From: Eledone cirrhosa
Taxonomy: Eukaryota
Reading direction: 5' to 3'
DNA: 64,000 bases
NCBI GenBank assembly: GCA_964016885.1
Contig: OZ024752.1
Coordinates: forward strand, 31,434,001 to 31,498,000
Below the pieces are notes generated by a model. The model was not told where the DNA came from, searched no databases, and saw only the letters and a program-made list of their open reading frames with translations. Position numbers and translations under genes: made by a program. Of this stretch, positions 35,985 through 47,760 are shown in pieces (within the stretch, counting starts at the first letter, position 1; each line of letters starts with the position of its first letter).

Positions 35985-36370
35985 TTGCTTCTATTTTTGG
36001 CACAAGGCCAGCAATTAAATCCAGTGTATTACTGGTACTTTATTTTATCGACCCCGTAAGGATGAAAGACAAAGTTAACCTCGGCGGAACGTAACTCTTT
36101 GCTAGAAAGCAAAGCGTCCGACACTCTACCGATTACTGTCAATCCAGCACTCATAAAAGAAAATAATGGGTCTTATATGGGTACAAGGCCATCAATTTGG
36201 CGGGAGGAGAAAGTCGATTAAATCTACTCCAGTGCGTGACTGGTACTTTATTTTATCGACCCCGTAAGGACGAAAGGCAAAGTTTATCTCGGCGAGATTT
36301 GAACTCAGACCATAAAGGGCCGTAACTCTATGCTGCAAAGCATAGTGTCCGACTCTACCGATACTGTCAA
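35985..36370 (-). mobile_element. Two SINE copies
   Basis: Reverse complement of SINE consensus. Confidence 0.8.
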
Positions 36371-36582
36371 AGAAAATAATGGTAATCATTATTATTATCT
36401 GGCCTTGTGCCTATATAAGAATCAATTATTATTAGGAAAGCACCATACTGTGTTTTTCTGCTTTGTATCGCTCCTTCCCTGGTATTATCTCTTTTCCTTT
36501 GTTTTCCCAGCTTCCGTCAATCTGTAATAGTTCTTGAATGTTAACAAAGCTATGGGCGCTGCTTCGTCATCTAGACGAAACC

Positions 36583-36968
36583 AATTTGAAGTACAGTTGA
36601 AAAGTTCATGGGCTGACCAATATACTCTTATGGAATGACCATAGTCCCTGGAAAGAAACAATGTAGTTATTAAGAAGAAGAGTTGAAATTAATTGTTTCT
36701 ACTTTTGGCACAAGGCCAGCAATTATCCCAGTGTATTACTGGTACTTTATTTTATCGACCCCGTAAGGATGAAAGGCAAAGTTAACCTCGGCGGGATTTG
36801 AACTCAGACCATAAAGGGCCGTAACTCTTTACTCCAAAGCATGGCGTCCGACCCTCTACCGATACTGCCAAACCACAAGAAGAGTTGAAATTAATGTATG
36901 CAAGATATCACAGCTCTAGCATCAAATCGTCAAAATCAACCTATGCCCTTTTCAACCTCCCCTCGTAT
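36583..36968. mobile_element. Mariner-type MITE interrupted by a SINE (36694-36876 -) with 19-bp TSD
   Basis: TIR-like TTGAAAAGTTCATGGGCTGA / CCTATGCCCTTTTCAACCTCCCCTCGTA; TSD AAGAAGAGTTGAAATTAAT. Confidence 0.75.
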
Positions 36969-38045
36969 ATATCCCTCCCTTCTGTGTAATTGTTATCTAT
37001 ATGACTGAGGTGAAAATTTAGTCTGTTTTGTATCACTAGTTAGATATGCTGCAGCTGATTCACAAATTAGAAGAATTGATGTTGTTTTATTCTTTTTTTT
37101 TTCCAACACAATTGTTCTTTTTATTATTCCATGATAATGCATTGGCATTATTGATATTAAAACCTACCACGAACAGACAGATATGTGATATATCAATTAG
37201 TAATTATTGGTGAATATTAGTGTCGTATGTAAGTAGATATATAAAAAAATATATATATATATCGACGTCAGTTTCTTCTTTTAATCAAAAGTATATAATG
37301 ACTTATCTTTTACTCTGATTCTTTCAGATGTTCATAAGATGTTTGTGATTGCGATGAAAGTACTAATTTAGAAGAAATTAAAATTATATTAATATCTGTA
37401 AAATATTAAACATGAAATATTTGTTTTGCTTACATAGTTGGCTTTTTAAAAGCGTATATCTCAGTTCTAGATATCTAAAGATAATACAATATTATTACTA
37501 TAAGGAATTCTTTTTACATATGTGTGTATGCCATTCACAATCAATTCCACACGTATCTATTCCATGGAATTCTTTATTTCAACTAATTATATTTGCTGAA
37601 ATATAAATACGAATGCAGTTATATGTTTATTGTAAAAAAATAGCGTACGATCGGCATAGATATCTGAAATGTTTACATTTTCTGACAAATTTCATTTTAT
37701 GATGGATTGTGTATGGGTTTTTAAAAAGTTTATTTTATTTTACAACATACATAATATCATTACTAACAATATTATATATGGAAGAATAACATCTCTTGTC
37801 TTGCAGTTTGAAGAGCTTAGATAAGTTATTTCAGTGCAATACGAATTGAAGAAATATTTTATTGGTAAATCAGCACAAAATGACAAGACTATGAAAGCAG
37901 GAACGTGACAACTTCACTATTTCAGTGTTGGGTTTATATCAATGGTGGAGTTTAAAAAAGAGAAATAGAGAAGAGAGGAATGGCAAAGAGAAGGGAGTGA
38001 AGGATAGAAAATGGAAGAAAAGTAAAGGAGTATTTTAGATGCAGA

Positions 38046-38150
38046 CATGGCCGCGTGGTTAAGTTAAGAGATTTGTCTCGCAACCGCGTGGTTCTGGGTA
38101 CGATCCTACTGCGTGACACCCTGGGAAACTGTCTCCTAATCTAGGGTTGA
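38046..38150 (+). mobile_element. Second tRNA-derived SINE family, degenerate head
   Basis: A-box TGGCCGCGTGG, B-box-like GGTACGATCC. Confidence 0.55.
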
Positions 38151-38197
38151 CAAATATAATATACGGATAATATACGGGAACAATGAGCACGCTCCCA

Positions 38198-38291
<94 letters not shown>

Positions 38292-38486
38292 TTGAAATCA
38301 GTTTGACAATCGCCAACGGCGCATGCGAGAAAGTTCTCCAGGAAAGTTAACTAGGATTCTTTAAAAATCTCCGCACCGACGTTAACAAAGAAATTATTAG
38401 ATTAACAAAACCAAATTGTAAAATCATAATATAAAATAAAATTAAATTGTTTAGAATTACAAGTTCAAGTCATTCTTTTCCTTTTT

Positions 38487-38533
<47 letters not shown>

Positions 38534-38729
38534 AGAATATTTTCGAAACAGCGAGTGGGTTTGAAATTATTAGAAATGAAAGCTATCGCCGTATTTTGAC
38601 TAAAGAAATTAAAGAAATTATTTAGCCTGATAGTGGGGTTAAGAACCCTCGGAGAAATGGAAAAAGATGAGTATTGACGTATATATATATATATATATAT
38701 TCCACTGTCAATAAATACACCAGGATTTT

Positions 38730-38790
38730 TTTCATTCTGATGACTGAAAGCAAATTTTGTTTGCTTTCAAGAAACCTCTGGTAAATGAAA
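38730..38790 (+). ncRNA. Type I hammerhead (family A)
   Basis: TTTCATT-CTGATGA-cTGAAAGCAAA/TTTGCTTTCAa-GAAA-CCtctGG-TA|AATGAAA. Confidence 0.78.
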
Positions 38791-38819
38791 TAATTATCTT
38801 ATGTTGTTTATTACATAAC

Positions 38820-38871
<52 letters not shown>

Positions 38872-38872
38872 A

Positions 38873-39321
38873 ATATTGTTATACTTTGGGAGGGTCATGT
38901 TGCCAATAAGAAATACACGCACCAGTTGCATTCACTCCAATTTATTATAAATTAAATTTATAAATTTAAGAATTTATAAATTTCCGGTTGGTTGGTTGGT
39001 TCCATAACCACAACCAGGCGATTGTTCATATATTGTCAAAGTTCTTTCGTCACAAATTCTGTGACCCCTTCAGTGACTGGGGATTCTTTTCTTTGTTTTG
39101 TGCCAAAGGAGAGGCACAAAACAAAGAAAAGAATCCGCAGTCACTGAAGAGGTCACAGAATGTGTGACGAAAGAACTCTGACAATATATGAACAACCGTC
39201 CAGTTGTGGAACCAACCAACCAACCGGAAATTTATAAATTTAATTTATAATAAATTGGATGAAAGCAAATGGTGCGTGTGTTTCTTATTGGCAACATGAC
39301 CCTCCCAAAGTATAACAATAT
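38873..39321. repeat. Fold-back palindrome with diverged ~220-bp arms
   Basis: ATATTGTTATACTTTGGGAGGGTCATG / CATGACCCTCCCAAAGTATAACAATAT; apex near 39108. Confidence 0.92.
39140..39182 (+). ncRNA. Minimal hammerhead (family H); diverged mirror at 39035-39077 (-)
   Basis: GTCA-CTGAAGA(G)-GTCACA/TGTGAC-GAAA-GAAC-TC|TGAC. Confidence 0.7.
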
Positions 39322-39390
39322 CGGTTTCAACACACGTTTTCAGATAAAAAAATTTTAAAATCCAAATTCAATAAACAGACCAGGATTTTT

Positions 39391-39449
39391 TTTATTCTGA
39401 GGATTGAAAGCAAAATTTTTTGCTTTTAAGAAACCACTGGTAAATGGAA
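39391..39449 (+). ncRNA. Type I hammerhead (family A)
   Basis: TTTATT-CTGAGGA-TTGAAAGCAAA/TTTGCTTTTAA-GAAA-CCactGG-TA|AATGGA. Confidence 0.8.
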
Positions 39450-39541
39450 TAATTGCCTTATGTTGTTTATTACATAACTATTAAGCTCCGTTACCTACAT
39501 AGAGCACTCTTTTTTCCTGGACTTTTCCGACGGAATTACTT

Positions 39542-39637
<96 letters not shown>

Positions 39638-39949
39638 GTGAGAGAGAGGGATCGGGATTTTACCAGTTTAATCTAGTAAAACATTTGTTCAGCAGAGTAC
39701 TCGATACTCGAGATAGTAGAGAGTAAATATGGTAGAGAGTTAGGGCTCGACTGCTGAGCTCTTGCTGTCGGCAAGAGCTCAACCGTTGGACCCTAACGAT
39801 CTACTATATTTGTGTGTGCGTGTGTGTGCCACAAATGTCATTGAATAAATGACAACGACGGTATTTTGTCTGATAAATTTGGAGATTTTGTAAACTGCAT
39901 TTATTGATGTCTTCTTTCCCAACCAGGATGGTTTCCCTTTCCAAGAATA

Positions 39950-40368
39950 ATGGTTTCTTATATAGGCACATTGCCAGCAAATTTGGGGGAGGGGAAAGTC
40001 GTTTAAATCGCCCCCAGTGCGTGACTGGTACTTTATTTTATCGACGCCGTAAGGATGAAAGGCAAAGTTAACCTGGGCGGATTTGAACTCAGACCATAAA
40101 GGACCGTAATTCTATGCTGTAAAGCATGGTGTCCGACGCTCTACCGATCCTACCAATCCACCACCCTTTCCAAGAATAATTGTTTCTACTTTAGGCACAA
40201 GGCCAGCAATTACCCAGTACATTACTGGTACTTTATTTTATCGACCCCGTAAGGATGAAAGGCAAAGTTAACCTCGGCGGGATTTGAACTCAGAATGGCA
40301 AGGGCCATAACTCTATGCGTCAAAGCATGACGTCCGACCCTCTACCGATACTGCCAATCCACCGCCCC
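39950..40368 (-). mobile_element. Two tandem SINEs, separated and flanked by TTCCAAGAATAAT-like duplications
   Basis: Reverse complement of SINE consensus; duplication near 39939, 40168 and 40370. Confidence 0.85.
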
Positions 40369-40939
40369 CTTCCAAAGAATAATGCCATCGTAAATTACAT
40401 AACACCCACAGAGGGCTCAAAAAATAAATCGACCATTTTAGAATGTGAACTTAGAAACTAGACGGACGTAACTAGATACTATACAGCATTTACTTGTTTC
40501 TACTATACAGCATTTACTGTTTCTCCATTAAATTGGAGCCAACTGTCAACAGTCTTGTGTACTTAATACAAGCACTTAAATAAAACATTGTCAAACTTCG
40601 GGGGTAAAAAAAATCAATAGATAACATGATATAATAATTATGTAAATAAATATTACGTACTGTTTAACTCCGAAATTGATCCATCGCTATCATTGGCCCT
40701 GGATAAATCGTAATAATATTGATTGGCAAATATTTGCTGTTTAATGAAACTATAATATCGATTTCCATGGAGGCGACTTCAATGAGATATTTGCTAGTAA
40801 CTAAATTAACCAGGAGAAAAGTCAACTATAAGAGCGAACTACATTCTAAGGAGGGTCCATTAAAATGTTTGCCAGATTATGATTCACTGTTTTTCTCTTA
40901 AATTTCTAACACAACATCCTAAATTAACCCATAAATATA

Positions 40940-41620
40940 TATCTCAACAATGGCGGTGCCCCAGCTTGTCACAGCTGGAACACTTTAAAGTGTAAATCTC
41001 AACAATGGCAGTGCCTCAGCATGGCCCCAACAAGGCCTCAGCATGTCGGCTGGAACACCTTAAAGTGTATATCTCAAAATGGCGGTGCCCCAGCATGGCT
41101 CCAGTATGGCATCAGCCTGTCGGCTGGAACATTTTAAAGTGTAAATCTCAACAATGGCAGTGCCCCAGCATGGCCCCAACACGTTAAAGTGTAAATATGA
41201 ACAACAATAATGGAGGTGCTCCAGCATGGCCCCAACCTGTCGGCTGGAACACGTTAAAATGTAAATCTCAGTAACAACAATAGCAGTGCCCCAGCATGGT
41301 TCCAGCATGGCCCCAGCTTGGCCCCAGCTTGGCCCCAGCTTGGCCCCAGCTTGGCCCCAGCTTGTCAGCTGGAACACGTAAAAGTGTAAATCTCAGCAAC
41401 AACAATGGCAGTGCCCCAGCATGGTCCCAGAATGGTCCCAGCCTATCGGCTGGAACACGTTAATATGTAAATCTCAGCAACAACAATGTTGGTGCCCCAG
41501 TATGGTCCCAGCCTATCGGCTGGAACACATAACAGTGTAAGTCTCAGCAACAACAATGGGGGGGGGGGGGGGTGCCCCAGTATGACCGCAGCCTATCTAT
41601 CTGACTGCAATATCTAAAAG
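40940..41620. repeat. ~60-70 bp minisatellite with an internal 11-bp sub-repeat (GGCCCCAGCTT)
   Basis: GCTGGAACAC..AAAGTGTAAATCTC..CAATGGCAGTGCCCCAGCATGG repeated about 9 times. Confidence 0.9.
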
Positions 41621-42059
41621 GTAAAATTTTACTACATTCCTTCCAGCCCTCTGTGTTCTGAGTTCAAATCCAGATTAGGTCGACCTAGCTTTACATCCTT
41701 TCAAATAAAGTACCAGTTAAGTAATCAGGTTGATTCCCCGTTCTTTCTCTTCTCCTGCTCTTCATTTAAGGTTCTAGTTTTATCATACTGTGTCACGCTG
41801 GCTTGACCTGAGAATTGCCTTATAGGTACACGTGTCTGTGGAATTCTCAGGACCTTACATGTAAGATTCACACGTAGGAATTCAGTTACTAGAAACAACT
41901 AAAAAATTCCTTGAGAAGATCAACGGAAAATTCATCAGAAAAATCTATATCTTAGGTATCATCTAAACTATAATAAAGGAAGGTCTGCGGGACTGCGTAC
42001 GGTTTCTTTTTTTTTTTTATCCCGTTAGTAAAATAAGTTGGATTACTTTGAATAAATAA

Positions 42060-42200
42060 TTGTTTCTACTTTTGGCACAAGGCCAGCAATTACACAGTGT
42101 ATTACTGGTACTTTATTTTATCGACCCCGTAAGGATGAAAGGCAAAGTTAACCTCGGGGAGATTTGAACTCAGAATGGCAAGGGCCGTAACTCTATGCTT
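42060..42200 (-). mobile_element. 5'-truncated SINE with TSD (CTTTGAATAAATAAT)
   Basis: Reverse complement of SINE consensus. Confidence 0.8.
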
Positions 42201-42656
42201 TGAATAAATAATGAATGAATATTACATAATTTATCTACTAAATTTCGTAAAAATAAATAATTTAAAATTGACTTCTTTTCAAAGTTGCACTTCCGGTATA
42301 TCGTTGCCACCACCACCACCACCACTTCAACTACCATATATATAGAAAGAGAGTGTGTGATGTCAACACTTCCGGTGGCGATCACTTAAATAAACTTACT
42401 AATTTTCTCCTAATGCAGCTTATATATAATATCGTCTTTTTTTAATGAATCATGGATTACGTTACTGATTACATAAGACAGTGTAACACAGTCTTCGTTC
42501 AATTTCTGTTTATATTGTCAATTACGATTTTATTTGATGTATCATATCTACATGCATGTATACTTGCGTATAATATCAATATACACACTACTCATGCTAG
42601 CAGAAAACCACCCGAAGGGTAGTTTTTCTGCTAGTTTGTATAATATACTGTACTAA

Positions 42657-42692
<36 letters not shown>

Positions 42693-42782
42693 CCAAAAGT
42701 TTATATGGTTCGTTGATTATTCAACGAATACAATTTTACAATAGATTAGAAGCACTCGACAATAATTTATCTGGAGTATTTA

Positions 42783-43111
42783 ATATTATTCAAAATATTA
42801 ATAAATGAAAAATATTCTCATAACCAAAATATATATTTTATTATACATATTTCAAAGGTACAATGGTGTTTCAGTACGTTTTCATCAGATAAAATATATG
42901 AGGATTGGATATACGACATACAGCTAAGGTTTTGATTATTCGATTCCTGTAGTAGGAATTGAATAATCAAAACCTTAGCTGTATGTCGTATATCCAATCC
43001 TCATATATTTTATCTGATGAAAACGTACTGAAACACCATTGTACCTTTGAAATATGTATAATAAAATATATATTTTGGTTATGAGAATATTTTTCATTTA
43101 TTAATATTTTG

Positions 43112-43119
<8 letters not shown>
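42783..43119. repeat. Near-perfect fold-back palindrome (~166-bp arms)
   Basis: Apex ATTCCT-gtagt-AGGAAT at ~42951; arms match out to 42783/43119. Confidence 0.95.
43003..43071 (+). ncRNA. Type I hammerhead (family I); mirror at 42831-42899 (-)
   Basis: ATATATTTTAT-CTGATGA-AAAcGTAC...GTACcTTT-GAAA-TATGTA-TA|ATAAAATATAT (11-bp stem I). Confidence 0.75.
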
Positions 43120-43173
<54 letters not shown>

Positions 43174-43262
43174 GTGTAAAAGGTAAATAGAAATAACAAC
43201 ACAATCGGTACAGTATATGGAAGGTATATATTAGGTTAACGCTTGATATAGCAGGAAGAGGG

Positions 43263-43298
43263 TCTTAACGTTTCGGACGCTAGTCCTTCATCAGAAGA
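43263..43298 (-). ncRNA. Minimal hammerhead of the Penelope type (family J)
   Basis: Reverse complement: TCTT-CTGATGA-A-GGAC/GTCC-GAAACGTT|AAGA. Confidence 0.7.
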
Positions 43299-43844
43299 GA
43301 GAATGAGAAATAAGATAGATTGAGGAGACGGGTGGGTTGGAATTGGAAAAAGTATCTTTAGATAAAAATATCAGGTCCATTCATGTTGACATCTCTTGCA
43401 AAACTGTTGTTGCTGGCGTTTTGTGTATGATTTATATTTTTTAGAAAAGTGGATGATGGAGCGTCTACCTGAAAGGGGGAAAAACCGTTTTATAAAAAGA
43501 GCTATACTTGTGCACGTGCGTAAGCATGTGCGCGCGCGCGTGTGTGTGTGTTATTATACGTCCGTACGAAGCTAAGAAGAAATATGTGTGTGTGTTATAC
43601 GTCCGTACGAACCTAAGAAGAAATGTGTGTGTATATGTGAGTAAAAGAGGAGTGGGTGTGCATGTAAGTACGAAGCTATGAGCAAAAGTATGTTAATATA
43701 AGGGTGTGTATGTGTGTATACAGAGCAGTGAAGGGAAAAGTGTAGTGAGCATATACAGTCGGCATGTATTAGTTGTAAGAGAAGGTGTTAATGATCAAGG
43801 AGAGAATACGTTGCTTCATTTGATATATATATTATATATATATA

Positions 43845-43918
43845 TAGGGTGTCCCACAAAAATGTATACACACTTCAACAGAATTCTAATAAAACTGTGT
43901 ATAATTTTGGGGGGACAC
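43845..43918. mobile_element. Tc1/mariner-type mini-MITE; relatives at ~45986-46048 and ~54610-54890 (SINE-interrupted)
   Basis: TIR GTGTCCCA.AAAAATGTATACAC / GTGTATA.ATTTTGGGGGACAC in TA context. Confidence 0.65.
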
Positions 43919-44054
43919 GAGCTTTTGATTTCAGAGTCGGGCCAGACCGATACAGATCGAACCTTGAGCTGATCAATAGCGAAACACGTGTCACTACTCA
44001 ATAAACGTAATGAAGGCGTAACAATTCGTCCTTTTACTGTTGTATTTACACTCT

Positions 44055-44413
44055 GGGCGGTGGATTAGCAGTATCGGTAGACGATCGGACACCTGGTTTG
44101 CAGCATAGAGTTACGGCCCTTTATGTTCTGAGTTCAAATCCCGCCGAGGTTAATTTTGCCTTTCATCCTTACGGGGTCGATAAAATAAAGTTCCAGTAAT
44201 GTACTGGGATAATTGCTGGCCTTGTGCCAAAAGTAGAAAAAAATTATTATTATTACAACTACACCATGCTTCGCGGCATAGAGTTACGGCCCTTTAGGTT
44301 CTGAGTTCAAATCTCGCCGTGGTTAACTTTGCCTTTCATCCTTACGGGATCGATAAAATATAGTACCAGTAATACACTGGTTAATTGCTGGCCTTGTGCC
44401 AAAAGTAGAAACA
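44055..44413 (+). mobile_element. Two SINE copies
   Basis: SINE consensus. Confidence 0.82.
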
Positions 44414-44519
44414 ATTATATTTACTCTCTGTTTAGTTCTGCAACTTTTTACAGATGGGAAACTACACACCGAGAGCTCACTTGAGTGAAGCTACAGTAAC
44501 AGCACGTTACACTCCCTAT

Positions 44520-44882
44520 ATATGTGTGTGTGTGTGTGTTTGTGCGTGCGTGTGAGTGTGCGTGTGAGTGTGTGTGTGTTGTGAGTGTGTGTGTGTGTGT
44601 GTATGTGTGTGTGTGTGTTGTTGGTGTGTGTTTTGTATTTGTGTGTGTGTGTGTGTGTTTGTGCGTGTGAGTGTGTGTGTGTGTTGTGTGTGTGTGTATG
44701 TTTGTGTATGTGTGTGTATATGTGTGTGTGTGTGTGTGAGTGAGTGTGTGTTGTTGGTGTGTGTTGTGTGTTTGTGCGTGTGCGTGTGTGTGTGTTGTGT
44801 GTGCGTGTGTGTGTGTGTGTTGTGTGTGCGTGTGTGTGTGTTGTGTGTTTGTGTGTGTGTGTTTGTGTGTTTGTGTGTGTGT

Positions 44883-44948
<66 letters not shown>

Positions 44949-44950
44949 CA
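44520..44950. repeat. Long degenerate (GT)n microsatellite
   Basis: Visible. Confidence 0.95.
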
Positions 44951-45151
44951 TATAACATATCTTAGATATCATTTATAATTAGCCTTATATTATGTGGAGT
45001 CAATAGTTGTCAATACACCGGATCTAGATAAGATAATTTACTGTTAGATATAACGAACATTTCCTGAATGTGGGGCACCCCACGTTGGTTTAGCAATTCT
45101 TTCATGGTTCTTGCTAGGAGCACACTAGATAATACACAAAACACACACACG

Positions 45152-45185
<34 letters not shown>

Positions 45186-45251
45186 GGAAAAGAGTCAGGA
45201 CCCCGACGGCTGAGCTCCGGCCGTTTCGACAGCTAGATCCGAACTAAACCA

Positions 45252-45318
<67 letters not shown>

Positions 45319-45394
45319 GGAAAAGAGTCAGGACCCCGACGGCTGAGCTCCGGCCGTTTCGACAGCTAGATCCGAACTAAACCACTATACACAG

Positions 45395-45440
<46 letters not shown>

Positions 45441-45441
<1 letters not shown>

Positions 45442-45650
45442 GCTTCGTGAAGATTTCATCTGAATGAAACAGTACTAGTCCTGTAGAAGCTCCTTCTATA
45501 CAATAAATATATTTTACTCTGCCATGTATTGAGTACCTTACTTACAGCTTCCTGAAGATTTCATCTGAATGAAACAGTACTAGTCCTGTAGAAGCTCCTT
45601 CTATACGATAAATATATTTTACTCTGCCATGTATTGAGTACCTTACTTAC
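45441..45650 (+). ncRNA. 105-bp tandem dimer, each unit with a hammerhead (family K; 45441-45491, 45546-45596)
   Basis: AGCTTC-CTGAAGA-tTTC/GAAt-GAAA-CAGtactagtcCTG-TA|GAAGCT; first unit has GTGAAGA. Confidence 0.75.
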
Positions 45651-45682
45651 TGTGGTTATCCCCGACTCAACCCGCTACCTAC

Positions 45683-45751
<69 letters not shown>

Positions 45752-45764
45752 TAGATAGATATAT

Positions 45765-45876
45765 ATATAATATATAAGATCAAAAGATGGTTAAAAGAGT
45801 TCCATGTATTTTATTATGCGCATTTCAAAATACATGGAATTCTTTTAACCATCTTTTGATCTTATATATTATGTAT
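45765..45876. repeat. ~110-bp hairpin adjacent to (TA)n
   Basis: ATAAGATCAAAAGATGGTTAAAAGA / TCTTTTAACCATCTTTTGATCTTAT. Confidence 0.9.
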
Positions 45877-45955
45877 ACTCCAGTCCTACAAACTGTAGAG
45901 TGCTTCTTATCCGATATCTGCATTGCTTTATTGTACTACAATAAAACTCACCTCC

Positions 45956-45989
<34 letters not shown>

Positions 45990-46044
45990 ATGTCCCCAAA
46001 AATGTATATACCATTCTAGTGTGTATACATTCTTTTGGGACTTC

Positions 46045-46220
<176 letters not shown>

Positions 46221-46658
46221 GAAAATAAGAACAGTAATGGTTAGAGTGGGTAGCTGATTAATGAAAAAGATAAATAGTTCGACTCACATATGGGAGTTTG
46301 ATTGGTTTTTTAAAATAAATGTTATTAATATATCCCCCTATTACCAACAGGTAAGGGACGAACGTTGAATAGAATGCCTTGTGGTATTGGTTCCGGTCTC
46401 TGAGTTCAGATCTAGCCAAAGTCAACTTCGCCTTTCATCATTTCGAGGTCGATAAAAAAGGACCACTCTATTACTGGGGTAGATTCTTCCTCTATATCTC
46501 TTTCACACTTCCTCTCTAACACTCCTTCACTTTCTCTAGAAGAAATCGGCTGTATTCAGACCTGGAGAATGTTGAGATTCGCCGGGCTTAAAAGGGAGTT
46601 GCGGGTACATACATACATAACATAAATACACACATACATACATACATACATACATACA

Positions 46659-46689
<31 letters not shown>

Positions 46690-46691
<2 letters not shown>

Positions 46692-47180
46692 TGAGACAGA
46701 TGGCACTAAGGAATACTGGTGGAACCTGAAAATAAAAACTGCCACCAAATTAAAGCACAACCGGCCTGATATTGTAGTTTGGGACCACACATTGAAAACG
46801 TGTTCTGTTGTGGAGATCAGCTACCCACTTGATGTAAACGTTGTCAGAAAAATACAGGAGAAGGAGGACATCTACGGACCATTGATGAGGAGTTTACAAA
46901 TCCAGTATCCAAGATACACCTTTAGCTTCATACCCATCATTATTGGTGCTACGGGTTATATACCAACCCGCTTGGACCAAAGTATGACTGAATTTGGATT
47001 TGCAGACAAAAAGCGCAGCTCCCTAATTCATAGTCTACAAATGGCTGCGATAGCTGGCACCTTCAAAATTTACAAAACATTCTTGCGATTCAAGGGATGA
47101 CAATTTCTTTTCTTTTACAACCTTGCCACCAGGAAGGTGGCCGGTCAAAAAAATATACTCGAAATTAAGAGAAAGAGATA
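46690..47180 (+). mobile_element. R4-like RLE retrotransposon 3' fragment (family 2) in (ACAT)n; second fragment at 51893-52067
   Basis: EYWWN..HNRPDIVVWD..CSVVEISYP..FIPIIIGATG; flanked by ACAT repeats. Confidence 0.82.
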
Positions 47181-47265
47181 ACATACTTTACATACATACA
47201 TTACATACATAACATACATACATACATAACATACATACATACAAACATAACATACATGACATACA

Positions 47266-47555
47266 TGATGGCTGCCCCCTCGTTATCGAGTATGGCCATT
47301 GCACGATATACCATTATTAATAATTATTTATTAATTCTATCGTGCAATGCCTGTGCGTGAAGATATTTTTTTAAAGTGAGGAAAGACTGTGCACTGAGCC
47401 AATCACACTCTCTGAGCGAAAAGAAGAAAAGATCAACATAATCGGTAACTACTGAGCCACAGGTTTTATATCGGAGTTATCCCAGTTTCCTGAGTTGCCT
47501 TCTCCTAGAAGAATGCCCTGACAAAGGTTAGGGTCCTTCACTCCCAATGGTTTAA
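47266..47555 (-). mobile_element. Probable non-autonomous RTE-derived element in (ACAT)n; relative at 52081-52375
   Basis: Reverse complement ends GGCCATACTCGATAACGAGGGGGCAGCCATC, resembling RTE 3' stem-loops; recognised from memory only. Confidence 0.4.
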
Positions 47556-47760
47556 CATAACATACATACATACAAACATACATACATACATTACATACAT
47601 ACATACAAACAGACAGACAGACAGACAGACATATCTACTTAGTTGATGTTGCGTAAATTCCAATGAGAGAATCTTGTATCTATGGTAGAAACCGACTCTC
47701 TCTCTATTGGAAAGAAATTGTGAAATTATAAAACCAGAAGAACATACATACATACATACA

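Noticed and set aside
37320-37870. Possible host exons after TTTCAG (37327) and TTGCAG (37806); similar signals near 23488 and 27448
   Set aside because: Only generic splice-like signals with no recognisable coding frame; needs RNA-seq
40940-41620. CRISPR-like repeat array (also 5085-5328)
   Set aside because: No unique spacers and no cas genes; eukaryotic minisatellites
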